From Gammaproteobacteria bacterium (lineage in GTDB: Bacteria > Pseudomonadota > Gammaproteobacteria > GCA-002705445 > GCA-002716945): 64,000 nt of DNA. Position numbers and translations under genes: made by a program. Under the pieces are notes generated by a model that saw only the letters and a list, made by a program, of their open reading frames with translations, did not search any database and was not told where the DNA came from. This document shows, piece after piece, positions 21,560 to 32,283 of the stretch. Every line of letters begins with the position of its first letter. The stretch's first letter is position 1. The DNA lies in the NCBI GenBank assembly GCA_002716945.1, contig PBCF01000002.1, positions 482,374-546,373 on the forward strand. Direction: 5' to 3'.

Positions 21560-22273
21560 CTAATTTATATTTAAATTCATATAAACATTCTGAATATCAT
21601 CGAGTTCTTCAATTTTATTAGAAAGTTCTAAAATTTTTTCTTTATCTATTTTATCTAATTCTATAAAATTCAAAGGGATCATTACTATTTCCTCATCTTC
21701 TACCTTCAAAGAATGTTCCTCAAAAATTTTCTTTATATCAAATAGTTCATTTGGTTCTGTAAATATAATGCATCCTGTATTAATAAGTTCAAAATCAATA
21801 ATATTTATTTGATCTATATATTCTAATAGTTTTTCTTCAGTAATATCTACTAATTTAAAAATACCAACTTTTTTAAATAGATGGGCCACAGAACCTTTAG
21901 TTCCTAAACTACCACCATGCTTACTTAATATATGTCTGATTTCTGAAACAGTTCGATTTTTGTTGTCTGTAAGGCACTCCATTATTATCGCTATTCCCTT
22001 TGGCCCATAACCCTCATAAATAATTTCATCAAATGTTTCGTTTGTTTGGCCTGAGGCTTTTTTAATAGCTCTTGTTATAGTATCTTTAGGTACATTTGAT
22101 GAATTTGCTTTTGATATTGCAAGTCTGAGTCTAGAATTACTTGAAGTTTCAGAACCTCCTAATTTTACAGCGACTGTTATCTCTCTTATAACTTTAGTAA
22201 ATACTTTTCCGCGTTTGTTATCTTGGGCTTTTTTTCGATGTTGTATATTAGCCCATTTGCTATGTCCAGCCAT
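21560..22273 (-). CDS. yebC: YebC/PmpR family protein
   Basis: MAGHSKWANIQHRK, YEGYGP.G, TDNKNRT. Confidence 0.96.
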   Translation of the reverse strand: MAGHSKWANIQHRKKAQDNKRGKVFTKVIREITVAVKLGGSETSSNSRLRLAISKANSSNVPKDTITRAIKKASGQTNETFDEIIYEGYGPKGIAIIMECLTDNKNRTVSEIRHILSKHGGSLGTKGSVAHLFKKVGIFKLVDITEEKLLEYIDQINIIDFELINTGCIIFTEPNELFDIKKIFEEHSLKVEDEEIVMIPLNFIELDKIDKEKILELSNKIEELDDIQNVYMNLNIN

Positions 22274-22280
22274 AATTCTT

Positions 22281-23261
22281 CTAAGAAGCTCTATTAGTTA
22301 ATTGATTTGATTGAAAAGACACCATTTTATTAATTGGAATTTTTGCTTTTGATATAATATTTTTGTCTAATATAATTTCATTCTTTTTATTAAAAACATT
22401 TAAAATTTTTTGGACAGAATTCATTTCCATCCATGGACATTTCCCACAACTTTTACAAGTAGCACCTTCACCTTCAGTAGGTGCTTCCAAAAATATTTTA
22501 TTAGGTGAAAGTTTTTTCATCTGATAAAAAATATTTTTCTCTGTTGCGACTATAATATATTTATGATTGCTTTTTTTAGATGCTTTTATCAAATCTGTTG
22601 TTGATCCAACAGTATCAGCTAATTGTATTATACTTCTAGGAGATTCTGGGTGAACTAATATATCGCAGTCTTGATATTTTTGAATCATTTTTTTTAATGA
22701 TTGAGTTTTATATTCTTCATGAACAATACATGAACCATCCCATAAAATCATATCTGCACCAGTACGATCAATAATATAATTCCCAAGATATTTATCTGGA
22801 GCCCATATTATTTTTTTTCCTTGAGATGTAAGATGTGTAATTAATGGAACAGCCATACTTGATGTAACTACCCAATCAGCAATAGATTTAACATCAGCGC
22901 TGGTATTTGCGTATACAACCACTTCTCTATCCGGATATTGTTTACAAAATTCACTAAATTCATCCGCTGGACAACTTAAATCTAACGAACAAGTCGCCTC
23001 AATATCTAATACATAAACTTTTTTTTCAGGATTGAGTATTTTTGCTGTCTCACCCATAAATTTAACCCCAGCTACAATTAAACATGACTCCTTTTGATTA
23101 ATTCCAAATTTAGCCATTTGCAAGCTATCACTAACACAACCATTTGTATCCTCAGTAATCTTTTGTATAGTTTCATTCACATAATAATGTGCAATAATTT
23201 TTGCATCATTTTTTTTCAATAATTGTTTTATTTGTTTCAAATTTTCTTTATATGAATTCAT
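22281..23261 (-). CDS. nadA: Quinolinate synthase NadA
   Basis: AHYY, DSLQMA, GVKFMGETAKIL, CSL, CIVH, HPES, CPWM. Confidence 0.96.
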   Translation of the reverse strand: MNSYKENLKQIKQLLKKNDAKIIAHYYVNETIQKITEDTNGCVSDSLQMAKFGINQKESCLIVAGVKFMGETAKILNPEKKVYVLDIEATCSLDLSCPADEFSEFCKQYPDREVVVYANTSADVKSIADWVVTSSMAVPLITHLTSQGKKIIWAPDKYLGNYIIDRTGADMILWDGSCIVHEEYKTQSLKKMIQKYQDCDILVHPESPRSIIQLADTVGSTTDLIKASKKSNHKYIIVATEKNIFYQMKKLSPNKIFLEAPTEGEGATCKSCGKCPWMEMNSVQKILNVFNKKNEIILDKNIISKAKIPINKMVSFQSNQLTNRAS

Positions 23262-25024
23262 TTTTTATTCAAAGTTTTGATACTTAATTCAGTTAACTGT
23301 TCTTTATCAACATGTGAAGGAGCTTGCGTCAACAAACATGATGATGATTGAGTTTTTGGAAAAGCCATGGTATCTCTAATTGATGGTAACCCAAGTAAAA
23401 GCATTACTATTCTATCTATGCCAAATGCTATTCCACCATGCGGGGGACACCCATAATCTAAAGCGTTTAATAAAAAATCAAATTTATTTTGAATTTCTTT
23501 GTCATTAAGTCCTAATAATTTAAAAATTTTATTTTGTACATCTTTATTATGTATTCTGATAGATCCCCCGCCTATTTCATTCCCATTCAAAACTAAATCA
23601 TAAGCTTTTGATTTAATCTCAGAAATTTGTTCTGAATCCAAATCTTCTATATTCTGTGGCGATGTGAAAGGATGATGCATAGATGTGTATTTTTTAGTTT
23701 GTGCATCTAATTTAAATAAAGGATAATTTACAATCCATGTAAAACTCCACTCATCTTTAAGTAATCTCAAATCACTGCCTATTCTTTGTATCAAATATGA
23801 CATTGATTCATTCACAATACACGCTTTATCGGCAGAGAAAAATATTAAATCACTAGATTGTGCATCTGTAATTTTAATAATATCTTGTAAAATATCTTTA
23901 GATATATATTTTTTAATCGGAGATATAATTCCCTTTTCTATATCATTAATATTTTCACATTTTATATAAGCGAGACCTTTAGCGCCAAATTTTTTTATTG
24001 AGTCAGTATAGTCATCTATAGATTTTCTAGTTAAAGTGCAACCACCAGGAATCTTAAGCGCGGTGATTCTTGAGTTTTTATTATTTACATGGTCTGAAAA
24101 AACTTTAAATTCAATATTTTTTAAAATTTTTTTTATATCAATTAGTTTTAATGGATTTCTTAAATCAGGTTTATCACAACCATATTCATTCATTGCATCA
24201 TTATATTCTAAAATATCAAATTCTAACTTGGTCTTAATATTTAATAAATCTTTGAAAATTATAGAAAATAATTCTTCACATAATCTCATTATATTTTGTT
24301 GTTCAATAAAAGACATTTCAACATCAAGTTGTGTGAATTCTGGTTGTCTGTCAGCTCTTAAATCCTCATCTCTAAAACATTTTGCAATTTGAAAGTATTT
24401 GTCAAAACCTCCGATCATTAAGATTTGTTTAAATAATTGAGGAGATTGTGGTAATGCAAAGAATTTTTCAGTATGTATTCTACTAGGTACTAAATAATCT
24501 CTAGCACCTTCTGGTGTTGTTTTTGTTAATATCGGAGTCTCTATATCAATAAACCCTCTATCATAAAAGAAATTTCTAATTAATTTAATTAGATTGGATC
24601 GAAATCTTAGATTTTTTTGCATATTAAAATTCCTTAAATCCATATACCTATACTGAAGACGTTGGTCTTCATTAGTTTCATCATCATTGACTTTAAATGG
24701 AGGGTTTTTAGAATGATTGAGTATTTCTAATTTATCTACAACAACTTCAATCGTACCAGTGGATAAATCTTTATTTACTGCCCCTTTTTTTCTTGAGGTA
24801 ACTTTACCTGTAATTTGGATAACATATTCACTTCTAATTCTTTCAGCTATACTAAATATTTTTTTATTATCTGGATTGCAAACTATTTGCAAAATTCCAG
24901 TATGATCTCTTAAATCAATAAATATTACACCACCATGATCGCGTCTGGTTGCAACCCATCCACATGTTGTAATTGTTTTGTTTAGTTGTGATTCGCTAAT
25001 TTCAGCACAAAAATAATCTTTCAT
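23258..25024 (-). CDS. aspS: Aspartate--tRNA ligase
   Basis: RRDHGG, GARDYLVPSR, FRDEDLRADRQPEFTQ, PPHGGIAFGIDR. Confidence 0.98.
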   Translation of the reverse strand: MKDYFCAEISESQLNKTITTCGWVATRRDHGGVIFIDLRDHTGILQIVCNPDNKKIFSIAERIRSEYVIQITGKVTSRKKGAVNKDLSTGTIEVVVDKLEILNHSKNPPFKVNDDETNEDQRLQYRYMDLRNFNMQKNLRFRSNLIKLIRNFFYDRGFIDIETPILTKTTPEGARDYLVPSRIHTEKFFALPQSPQLFKQILMIGGFDKYFQIAKCFRDEDLRADRQPEFTQLDVEMSFIEQQNIMRLCEELFSIIFKDLLNIKTKLEFDILEYNDAMNEYGCDKPDLRNPLKLIDIKKILKNIEFKVFSDHVNNKNSRITALKIPGGCTLTRKSIDDYTDSIKKFGAKGLAYIKCENINDIEKGIISPIKKYISKDILQDIIKITDAQSSDLIFFSADKACIVNESMSYLIQRIGSDLRLLKDEWSFTWIVNYPLFKLDAQTKKYTSMHHPFTSPQNIEDLDSEQISEIKSKAYDLVLNGNEIGGGSIRIHNKDVQNKIFKLLGLNDKEIQNKFDFLLNALDYGCPPHGGIAFGIDRIVMLLLGLPSIRDTMAFPKTQSSSCLLTQAPSHVDKEQLTELSIKTLNKK

Positions 25025-25096
25025 ATCAAAATTCTATTATACAAAAAATTTGTCCTTTTATCTCAATTTAGTGTTATAATGCATGCTAATTTAAAT

Positions 25097-25417
25097 ATGA
25101 AATCAATCGTAATATCAATTTTTTTAATACTTCTCATAGGAATCCTAAATAAACCAGTACTCGCAGATGATATTGCATTAGGTAAGGCTAAATCCGAAAC
25201 TTGCTTGGGGTGTCATGCAATACCAGGATATAATAATGTTTATCCCACATATAAAGTACCTAAATTAGGTGGGCAGCATGCTGAATATATAAAAATAGCA
25301 TTAATATCATATAGGGATCAGCAGAGATCGCATAACACAATGCATGCAAATGCAGCTTCACTAACCGACGAAGATATAGATCATATTGCAAAATATTTCG
25401 AATCAATAACCAAATGA
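25097..25417 (+). CDS. Mono-heme class I cytochrome c (c553/c4-like)
   Basis: Signal peptide, CLGCH, PKLGGQH, Met ligand region HNTMHA; start likely ATG 25097. Confidence 0.88.
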   Translation: MKSIVISIFLILLIGILNKPVLADDIALGKAKSETCLGCHAIPGYNNVYPTYKVPKLGGQHAEYIKIALISYRDQQRSHNTMHANAASLTDEDIDHIAKYFESITK

Positions 25418-25743
25418 AAAAGTATTTTTTTATTTATTTCTTAATTCTGTTTTTTCAATCATCTTATATTGAAGCTAGTGCTAACTATGATGCTGGAAAA
25501 TCTAAAGCACAGACTTGTATAGCATGTCACGGTGTAAATGGTAACTCGACTAACAAAATGTATCCAAAGCTTGCCGGGCAATATAAAGATTATTTGGTAT
25601 ATGTATTACAAGAATATAAAAGTGGTAACAGGAAAAATGCTATTATGAATGGCTTCGCATCTAATTTAACAGAACAAGATATTAATGATTTATCACTTTA
25701 TTTCTCCAAACAGAAAGGTCTTGAAGTGCTCCCTTCGAAATAA
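25414..25743 (+). CDS. Mono-heme class I cytochrome c (c553/c4-like)
   Basis: Signal peptide, CIACH, YPKLAGQY, NAIM. Confidence 0.9.
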   Translation: MKKYFFIYFLILFFQSSYIEASANYDAGKSKAQTCIACHGVNGNSTNKMYPKLAGQYKDYLVYVLQEYKSGNRKNAIMNGFASNLTEQDINDLSLYFSKQKGLEVLPSK

Positions 25744-28700
25744 TTATCTCTCGGATTCAATATATTTATAAAGAGCAGGTATTAAATATAGAGTGATTAA
25801 TGATGATAGCATTATACCTCCTAGTACAACTGCCGCCATTGAGTATCTACTTTCTGCTCCTGCGCCATCACTTAAAACCAATGGCACTGCACCTAACATT
25901 GTAGAAATTGTAGTCATAAGCACAGGTCTTAATCTAATCATAGAAGATTCAAAAATAGCCTCCTCTACATTTCTTCCCTCGTTTCTTAATTGATTTGCAA
26001 ATTCAACAACAAGGATTCCATTTTTAGTTATTAATCCTATTAACATCAATAAACCTATTTGACTATAGACATTCAAAGATGATTGAGTTACAAATAATGT
26101 ATATAACCCGGCTGTTATAGCTATTGGAACAGTTAATATAATAGATAGAGGGTTTCTAAAACTTTCAAATTGCGCTGACAATACTAAATAAACTACTAAA
26201 ATAGCAAACAAAATTGTTAATTCTAATCTATTTCCAGATTCAAAAAATTCTTTTGATGTGCCCCGAAATGATAATTTAGCATTTGCTGGTAGTATTTCTC
26301 TTGATATATTGACAAGATCATCTAAAGCATCTCCTAAAGGATAACCAGGAACCAATGAAGAAGATAAGGTCGTAGAAGGCATTCTATTTATTCTTTTTAA
26401 ACTTTGACTTGTAGAAGTTTCTTTATAGCTGACAAAATTAGACAAAGGGATTAAAGAATCTGATTGGAATGATTTAATAAAGATATTATCTAAACTGTTC
26501 GCATTTATTCTAAAATTATCATCGGCCTGCAATATAACATTATAAGTTAATCCTTTGCTTGAAAAAGTTGTAATTCTATTTGACGCAAATAATGTCTCAA
26601 GTGTATTAGCAATTCTCTCTGCTGAAACTCCCAATTCAGAAGCCTTGTCACGATTAATTTTCATATTAAATCTTGGTTTTGTTACTTTATAATCTATATT
26701 TGCATTTCTTAAATTTAGATTATTTGATTCTGTCAAGATTTGATTACCCCAATTACCAACATCTAGATAATTATCTCCACTAATAACAAATCTTACTGGA
26801 GATTTAAATGGGCTTTGTCCTAGACTTGGTGGATTAATTGTAAATATTCTAGCACCAGGCATTGAAATTAATTTTGGAAATATTTCTCTAACAATTTCTT
26901 TCTGGTGTCGAGATCTTGTGTTCCATGGCTTAAGACTTGCAAATATAAATGCAGAATTTACAGATCCCGGTTCGCCTGAAAATCCTGGCGCTACAATTGA
27001 AAAAATTGTTTTTATTTCATCTTTTTCAACATATTCCGTTAATACATCCTCAACATTCTTTACGATCTTATCTGTATATTCCAAAGTTGAGCCGTCAGGA
27101 GCTTGCACAGAGACAATAAAAATACCTCTGTCTTCTGTAGGTGCTAGTTCTTTTGGAATAAAAGAAAATATTAAAAAAGCTATTAATATTACAACAGTAG
27201 AAAACGTATAAACAGTTTTTGTATTGGCTTGTGAATTTTTAAGACTATGTGAATAAAAATTTCTAAAATAATTTATAAATGCAGGTTCAGAGTATTGACT
27301 GTCAGTCTTCATAAATTTTGAGCATAACATTGGTGACAAAGTTAATGCTACAATACTAGAAATAATTACTGAAAAAGATAAGACAACACCAAATTCAATG
27401 AAAAGCCGACCTGTCTTACCTTCCATAAATGATAGTGGCAAAAAAACACTTATCAAGACAATAGTGGTAGCTACAACAACAAATGTAATTTGTTTTGCTC
27501 CATTTATTGATGCTTCATAAGGTTCTTCGCCATTCTCAATTTTTCTTTTAATATTTTCTAAAACAACAATTGAATCATCAACAATCAATCCAATAGCTAA
27601 AACCAAAGCTAAAAATGTTAAAACATTTAACGAATAATCAAAAACATAAATGATAAAAAATGTAGAGATTATAGAGATGGGTATTGTTATTGCCGGAATC
27701 AATGTTGCTGAAGGAGAATATAAAAAGAAATAAATTACTCCAATAACCATTATCATAGAAATAATTAATGCAAATCTCACTTCTGAAATAGATTCATTCA
27801 CAAACACAGATTGGTCATAACCTATACTCATTTCAATATTCTGTGGGAGCATGTTTTCTATTTCATTAAGTTCATTTCTTACAGCTTCTGCAACATCAAG
27901 AACATTTGATTTTGTTTGTCTAACAACGCCCAAACCAATGGCGCTTTCATTATTTGCTCTTAAGAAACCCCTTCTACTTTCAGCGCCAATATTTATGTCA
28001 GCAATATCTTCGAGTCTCACTTTTCCTTGAGGATAATCTTTGATAACTATTTTTTCAAACATATCTAAGCTAGTTAATTTTGAATCAACTTGTACGCTCA
28101 TCTCTCTTTCTGTTGATTCTAATCTACCTGCAGGTTTTTCAACATTCGCATTCTTTATTGATGATAAAATATCTTCTACAGTTATACCTCTTGCCATCAT
28201 TTTATCTGGATGTAGCCATACTCTTAATGCATATTTTCTTTCACCACCAACTGTTATAGAAGCCACACCGGGTAAAATTGAAAGCCTGTCAATAATATTT
28301 CTTTCTAAATAGTCATTGAGTTCTATACTGTTAAGTTGATTACTGGTAAACCCAATCCACATAACTGCCCGTGCATCAGAATCAGATTTTGTAATTCTAG
28401 GTTGATTGACATCGGGAGGTAATATGGATGATGCTCGAGACACCTTATCTCGTACATCATTTGCGGCAGCATCCATATCTCTATTAATATTAAATTCAAT
28501 TCTTATTTTAGATAATTCATCTCTACTCTCAGATGAAATTTCTCTTATATCTGAAATCCCAGCTAGTGCATCTTCTAAAATCTGCGTAACATCTCTCTCT
28601 ATGATTTCTGAAGATGCGCCCCTATATACGGTTTTGACAGTTATTACCGGTCTATCTATATCAGGATATTCACGAATAGTGAGTTTATCATATGAGGCAA

Positions 28701-28776
28701 GTCCAATAAGAATTAAAAATAGACTAATTACAATAGCAAGAACAGGTCTTTTTACAGTTAGTTCTGATATATGCAT
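25744..28776 (-). CDS. RND efflux transporter permease (AcrB/AcrD/AcrF family)
   Basis: 1010 aa; KRPV, IVDD..VVLEN and TKNGIL proton-relay residues, RLRPVLMT. Confidence 0.93.
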   Translation of the reverse strand: MHISELTVKRPVLAIVISLFLILIGLASYDKLTIREYPDIDRPVITVKTVYRGASSEIIERDVTQILEDALAGISDIREISSESRDELSKIRIEFNINRDMDAAANDVRDKVSRASSILPPDVNQPRITKSDSDARAVMWIGFTSNQLNSIELNDYLERNIIDRLSILPGVASITVGGERKYALRVWLHPDKMMARGITVEDILSSIKNANVEKPAGRLESTEREMSVQVDSKLTSLDMFEKIVIKDYPQGKVRLEDIADINIGAESRRGFLRANNESAIGLGVVRQTKSNVLDVAEAVRNELNEIENMLPQNIEMSIGYDQSVFVNESISEVRFALIISMIMVIGVIYFFLYSPSATLIPAITIPISIISTFFIIYVFDYSLNVLTFLALVLAIGLIVDDSIVVLENIKRKIENGEEPYEASINGAKQITFVVVATTIVLISVFLPLSFMEGKTGRLFIEFGVVLSFSVIISSIVALTLSPMLCSKFMKTDSQYSEPAFINYFRNFYSHSLKNSQANTKTVYTFSTVVILIAFLIFSFIPKELAPTEDRGIFIVSVQAPDGSTLEYTDKIVKNVEDVLTEYVEKDEIKTIFSIVAPGFSGEPGSVNSAFIFASLKPWNTRSRHQKEIVREIFPKLISMPGARIFTINPPSLGQSPFKSPVRFVISGDNYLDVGNWGNQILTESNNLNLRNANIDYKVTKPRFNMKINRDKASELGVSAERIANTLETLFASNRITTFSSKGLTYNVILQADDNFRINANSLDNIFIKSFQSDSLIPLSNFVSYKETSTSQSLKRINRMPSTTLSSSLVPGYPLGDALDDLVNISREILPANAKLSFRGTSKEFFESGNRLELTILFAILVVYLVLSAQFESFRNPLSIILTVPIAITAGLYTLFVTQSSLNVYSQIGLLMLIGLITKNGILVVEFANQLRNEGRNVEEAIFESSMIRLRPVLMTTISTMLGAVPLVLSDGAGAESRYSMAAVVLGGIMLSSLITLYLIPALYKYIESER

Positions 28777-28782
28777 AATAAC

Positions 28783-29697
28783 TCAGTTAATAATATTGAT
28801 TGTAGAACCATCTTTTAGTTTTTCCTGGCCAAGAAAGATAACAATATCTTTAGCGTTCAATCCTTTTTCTATTTCTATCATATCATTCGATCGTATTCCT
28901 ATAGATACCTCTCTAAGTTTTGCAATATCATTCTCAACAATATAAACAAAATGTTTAGAATTAATATTAACTATTGACTCTTCAGGAATTAAATAACTAT
29001 CTTTTTTTTCAAGCAAGACTAGATTGACTTTCATAAAAATTCCAGGCTTTAAAATATTTTTTTCATTATCTATTAATGCATAAACTTTGATGGTTCTCGA
29101 CTGCGTGTCAATGCGAGTATCAATAAAATTTATTCTACCCTCATATTTTCTATTAGGAATTAAATCAGATGTTGCAGTAAATTTTATATTTCTATTAAGA
29201 TAACCAAGAATATTTTCCGGTAAATTAAATACTAATTTCATTACATCATTATTATCTACGGTAGTTAGAAGTCTTCCTTTAGTTACTCGTTCACCTACAT
29301 TTACTCTACTTAGTCCAACATAACCATCAAAAGGAGAAAATATAATTGTTCTTCCAACTTTATCAGATGAAATGATTGAAAATAATTGTTGTCCTTTAAC
29401 TACTTTTTCTGTTTCTTTAAAATGGATTTTTTCAATAATACCATTAACTCTAGATTTGAGTTCAGACGATTTACTTGCCTCAATAGTGGATAAAGCTTGA
29501 TAGCTTTTAATTGCCGGGCCTATTGTTATAGGAGTGACTTTAACTGAAATAATTTTGGCTGTATTAGCAAATTTAGAATAATACATATATTTGCCATACA
29601 TGCTAAATCCACCATAAAGTAATCCAATAATTAACAAAAGAATAATTAAGCGAAGTGGATTATCAAAACTGAAATAATTTCTGATTTTATTCAGCAT
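28783..29697 (-). CDS. RND periplasmic adaptor (membrane fusion protein)
   Basis: N-terminal TM, SPFDG.VG, RIDTQSRTIKV, LKPGIF; upstream of the permease. Confidence 0.9.
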   Translation of the reverse strand: MLNKIRNYFSFDNPLRLIILLLIIGLLYGGFSMYGKYMYYSKFANTAKIISVKVTPITIGPAIKSYQALSTIEASKSSELKSRVNGIIEKIHFKETEKVVKGQQLFSIISSDKVGRTIIFSPFDGYVGLSRVNVGERVTKGRLLTTVDNNDVMKLVFNLPENILGYLNRNIKFTATSDLIPNRKYEGRINFIDTRIDTQSRTIKVYALIDNEKNILKPGIFMKVNLVLLEKKDSYLIPEESIVNINSKHFVYIVENDIAKLREVSIGIRSNDMIEIEKGLNAKDIVIFLGQEKLKDGSTINIIN

Positions 29698-30427
29698 TAT
29701 TATCTAACCATATTATAGATGCAATTCTACCAGTTACATTGGATCTTCTATAAGAATAAAAAAGATTTGAATTATCAAAAGTACACATTTTGTCGAAAAA
29801 TATTTTTGATACACCTTCTTGTCTTAAAATTTTTTCAGAAGTTAAGCTTAAATTTAGGGTCCAATATGTATCATCTATTTTTTTAAAAATATCTGATGAG
29901 ATATCTTGTAGCTTTGTATAAACATCACTACGTATTTTATAGTTTTTTGCAGATATTGTTGGACCTAAATGAACAATAATATTTTTTGGAGATACTTTAA
30001 TTGTTTTAATAAATTTTTGAATTAGTCCTTTTTGTAATCCTCGCCAACCTGCATGAATTACACCTACAAAACTTCCCTCAGTATCGGTAAAAAGCAAAGG
30101 TACACAATCAGCTGATAAAACTGCACAAACTACACCGGGAGTTTTTGTGTATGAAGAATCTGCAACAAGATCAATTTTTGGATTCTTTAGATATTCTATT
30201 TTAGTTCCATGAATTTGTTTCATCCAATTAGGTTCAGATGGAAGATCTAAAGATTGCACAATATCTTTTCTATTTTTTTTGACTGATAGATATGAATCTC
30301 CTACATCAAAACTCATATTAGCATGTTTATACTTACCTTTGCTAAAGCCATCTATTCTTGTAGTAACATATGCACGAACATTTTTTGGGGCTTGCCATTC
30401 AATTTTTTTTACTTCAACTTTTTTCAT
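29687..30427 (-). CDS. pgeF: Peptidoglycan editing factor PgeF (YfiH)
   Basis: QIHG, SADCVP, IHAGWRG, CT...FYSYRR; downstream of rluD. Confidence 0.93.
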   Translation of the reverse strand: MKKVEVKKIEWQAPKNVRAYVTTRIDGFSKGKYKHANMSFDVGDSYLSVKKNRKDIVQSLDLPSEPNWMKQIHGTKIEYLKNPKIDLVADSSYTKTPGVVCAVLSADCVPLLFTDTEGSFVGVIHAGWRGLQKGLIQKFIKTIKVSPKNIIVHLGPTISAKNYKIRSDVYTKLQDISSDIFKKIDDTYWTLNLSLTSEKILRQEGVSKIFFDKMCTFDNSNLFYSYRRSNVTGRIASIIWLDNNAE

Positions 30428-31364
30428 TTTCTTTTCTCAAAATCATTTTAACTTTTTTAAACTCATCGGGCTCGTCACATGTAAAAGATACTTCTTTGTT
30501 AGTTGAAGGATGTTTGAATGCAAGATACTTTGCGTGAAGTAAATGACCCTCAAAATTAATAAAAAAATCCTTCAGATTTTTATTATAGTTAAAATTATTT
30601 ACTTTGAAACCATATAATTTGTCACCAAGTATAGGATGCCCTATATATGAAAGGTGAACACGTATTTGGTGGGTTCTGCCGGTGATTAAATTTACTTCTA
30701 TTAATGAACTTTTCTTGTATTTTTCTTTTACATAAACTTTGGAGATAGCTTCTTTGCCGTAGCTAGCTACCGTCATCTTTTTTCGATTTATTTTGTGTCT
30801 ACCTATTTTTTTATTAACTATAGTATTTTTCGAAATAATATCTTTACACAATGCCAGGTATTGTTTGAAAATTTTTCTTTCAGACATTTGTTTGGTTAAT
30901 TTATAGTAAGATTTTATATTTCTTCCAATTATAAGTAATCCTGTTGTGTTTTTATCTAGTCTATGGATGATTCCTGCACGTGGTACAGTTTTTAATTCTG
31001 GAAAAGAATATAAAATAGCATTTTGTAATGTTCCAGTATAATTTGCTGGTGCTATATGAGTAACCATACCCTTGTTTTTTTTAATAATTATTAAATCATC
31101 ATCTTCAAATAAAATATCAATTGGTATATTTTCAGGCACTACATCTAATTCATCTTGGTTAGATATTCTAATTTCAATGATTGATCTTTTTTTTATTTTG
31201 TCCTTAGGTGAACATATTTTTCCATTGACAGTAATATTTTCCCCATTTATCCAATGTTTTATGCGTGTGCGAGAATATTCAGGTAATTGGGAAGCAATAA
31301 TCTGATCTAGTCTGCCAGGGGTGTAACCGTCAATTTCAAATTTATAAAAAGTCTGATTTTTCAT
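30414..31364 (-). CDS. rluD: 23S rRNA pseudouridine synthase RluD
   Basis: S4 domain, IHRLDKNTTG, TGRTHQIRVH, GHPILGD. Confidence 0.94.
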   Translation of the reverse strand: MKNQTFYKFEIDGYTPGRLDQIIASQLPEYSRTRIKHWINGENITVNGKICSPKDKIKKRSIIEIRISNQDELDVVPENIPIDILFEDDDLIIIKKNKGMVTHIAPANYTGTLQNAILYSFPELKTVPRAGIIHRLDKNTTGLLIIGRNIKSYYKLTKQMSERKIFKQYLALCKDIISKNTIVNKKIGRHKINRKKMTVASYGKEAISKVYVKEKYKKSSLIEVNLITGRTHQIRVHLSYIGHPILGDKLYGFKVNNFNYNKNLKDFFINFEGHLLHAKYLAFKHPSTNKEVSFTCDEPDEFKKVKMILRKENEKS

Positions 31365-31398
31365 GATATATTTGTTATATTTTGACTATAATATAAAA

Positions 31399-32283
31399 AT
31401 GAATTTAAAAATACTTCTTATTATTCTATTACTTTCTTTTGGCTTCTCCAGCTGTTCCTATTTTGATTTATTTGCAGATAAAATAGACACTACAAAAACA
31501 ATGAATGCTAAAGAATTATATGATGAAGGTAGTGCTTTTCTAGAAGCGAGAGATTTTCCCAATGCTATAAAATTTTTTGAAATACTTGAATCAAGATATC
31601 CTTTTGGTATATATGCCACTCAATCAATGTTGGATTTAGCTTATGCAAATTATGCCTTTGATCAATTTGATGAAGCTATAGCTGAATGTAATAGATTTAT
31701 AAGATTGTATCCAAACCACCCGAATGTTGACTATGCATTTTATTTAAGAGCTTTAGCAAATTTTGAGAGAGAAAAACCCTTTTTTGCAGTTTTTTTAGAT
31801 CAAGATATTGCGAAATATGATGTAACTAAACTGAAAAAATCATATGAAGATTTTTTAATTGTTTTGAATAGATTTCCTGAAGGTAAATATGCAAAAGATT
31901 CACTAAACAGATTGGTATTTTTAAAAAACAAGATGGCAGCTCACGAATTATATATTGCAAAATACTATAATAAAAGAGCCGCTTATGTAGCTTCTGTTGC
32001 AAGAATCAAACATATGTTAGAAAACTATAGCGGCACACCTAGTACAGAAGAAGGTTTAATCACTTTAATAGATAATTATAATAATCTACAAATATATGAT
32101 CTTGCTTATGATTCAGCTAGAGTTTTAAAAAAGAATTATCCAGTTTATATAGTTGAACAAAAAAACAATGAAAGTGAAGTGATTATTTCAAAACCAGAAA
32201 TAAGGTTGACTGAAAATAAGTTAGAAACAGAAAATAAAGAAAGTAGTTATTGGTCTGATTTTTTATCGATATTCTCTTGGTAA
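31399..32283 (+). CDS. bamD: Outer membrane protein assembly factor BamD
   Basis: Lipobox FSSC, YP..YA, FIRLYPNHPNVDYA, HELYIAKYY; start moved to ATG 31399. Confidence 0.93.
   Translation: MNLKILLIILLLSFGFSSCSYFDLFADKIDTTKTMNAKELYDEGSAFLEARDFPNAIKFFEILESRYPFGIYATQSMLDLAYANYAFDQFDEAIAECNRFIRLYPNHPNVDYAFYLRALANFEREKPFFAVFLDQDIAKYDVTKLKKSYEDFLIVLNRFPEGKYAKDSLNRLVFLKNKMAAHELYIAKYYNKRAAYVASVARIKHMLENYSGTPSTEEGLITLIDNYNNLQIYDLAYDSARVLKKNYPVYIVEQKNNESEVIISKPEIRLTENKLETENKESSYWSDFLSIFSW

Noticed and set aside
28406-28945. 179-aa plus-strand ORF
   Set aside because: Lies almost entirely antisense to the RND permease and adaptor; Ser/Ile-rich shadow composition, no motif
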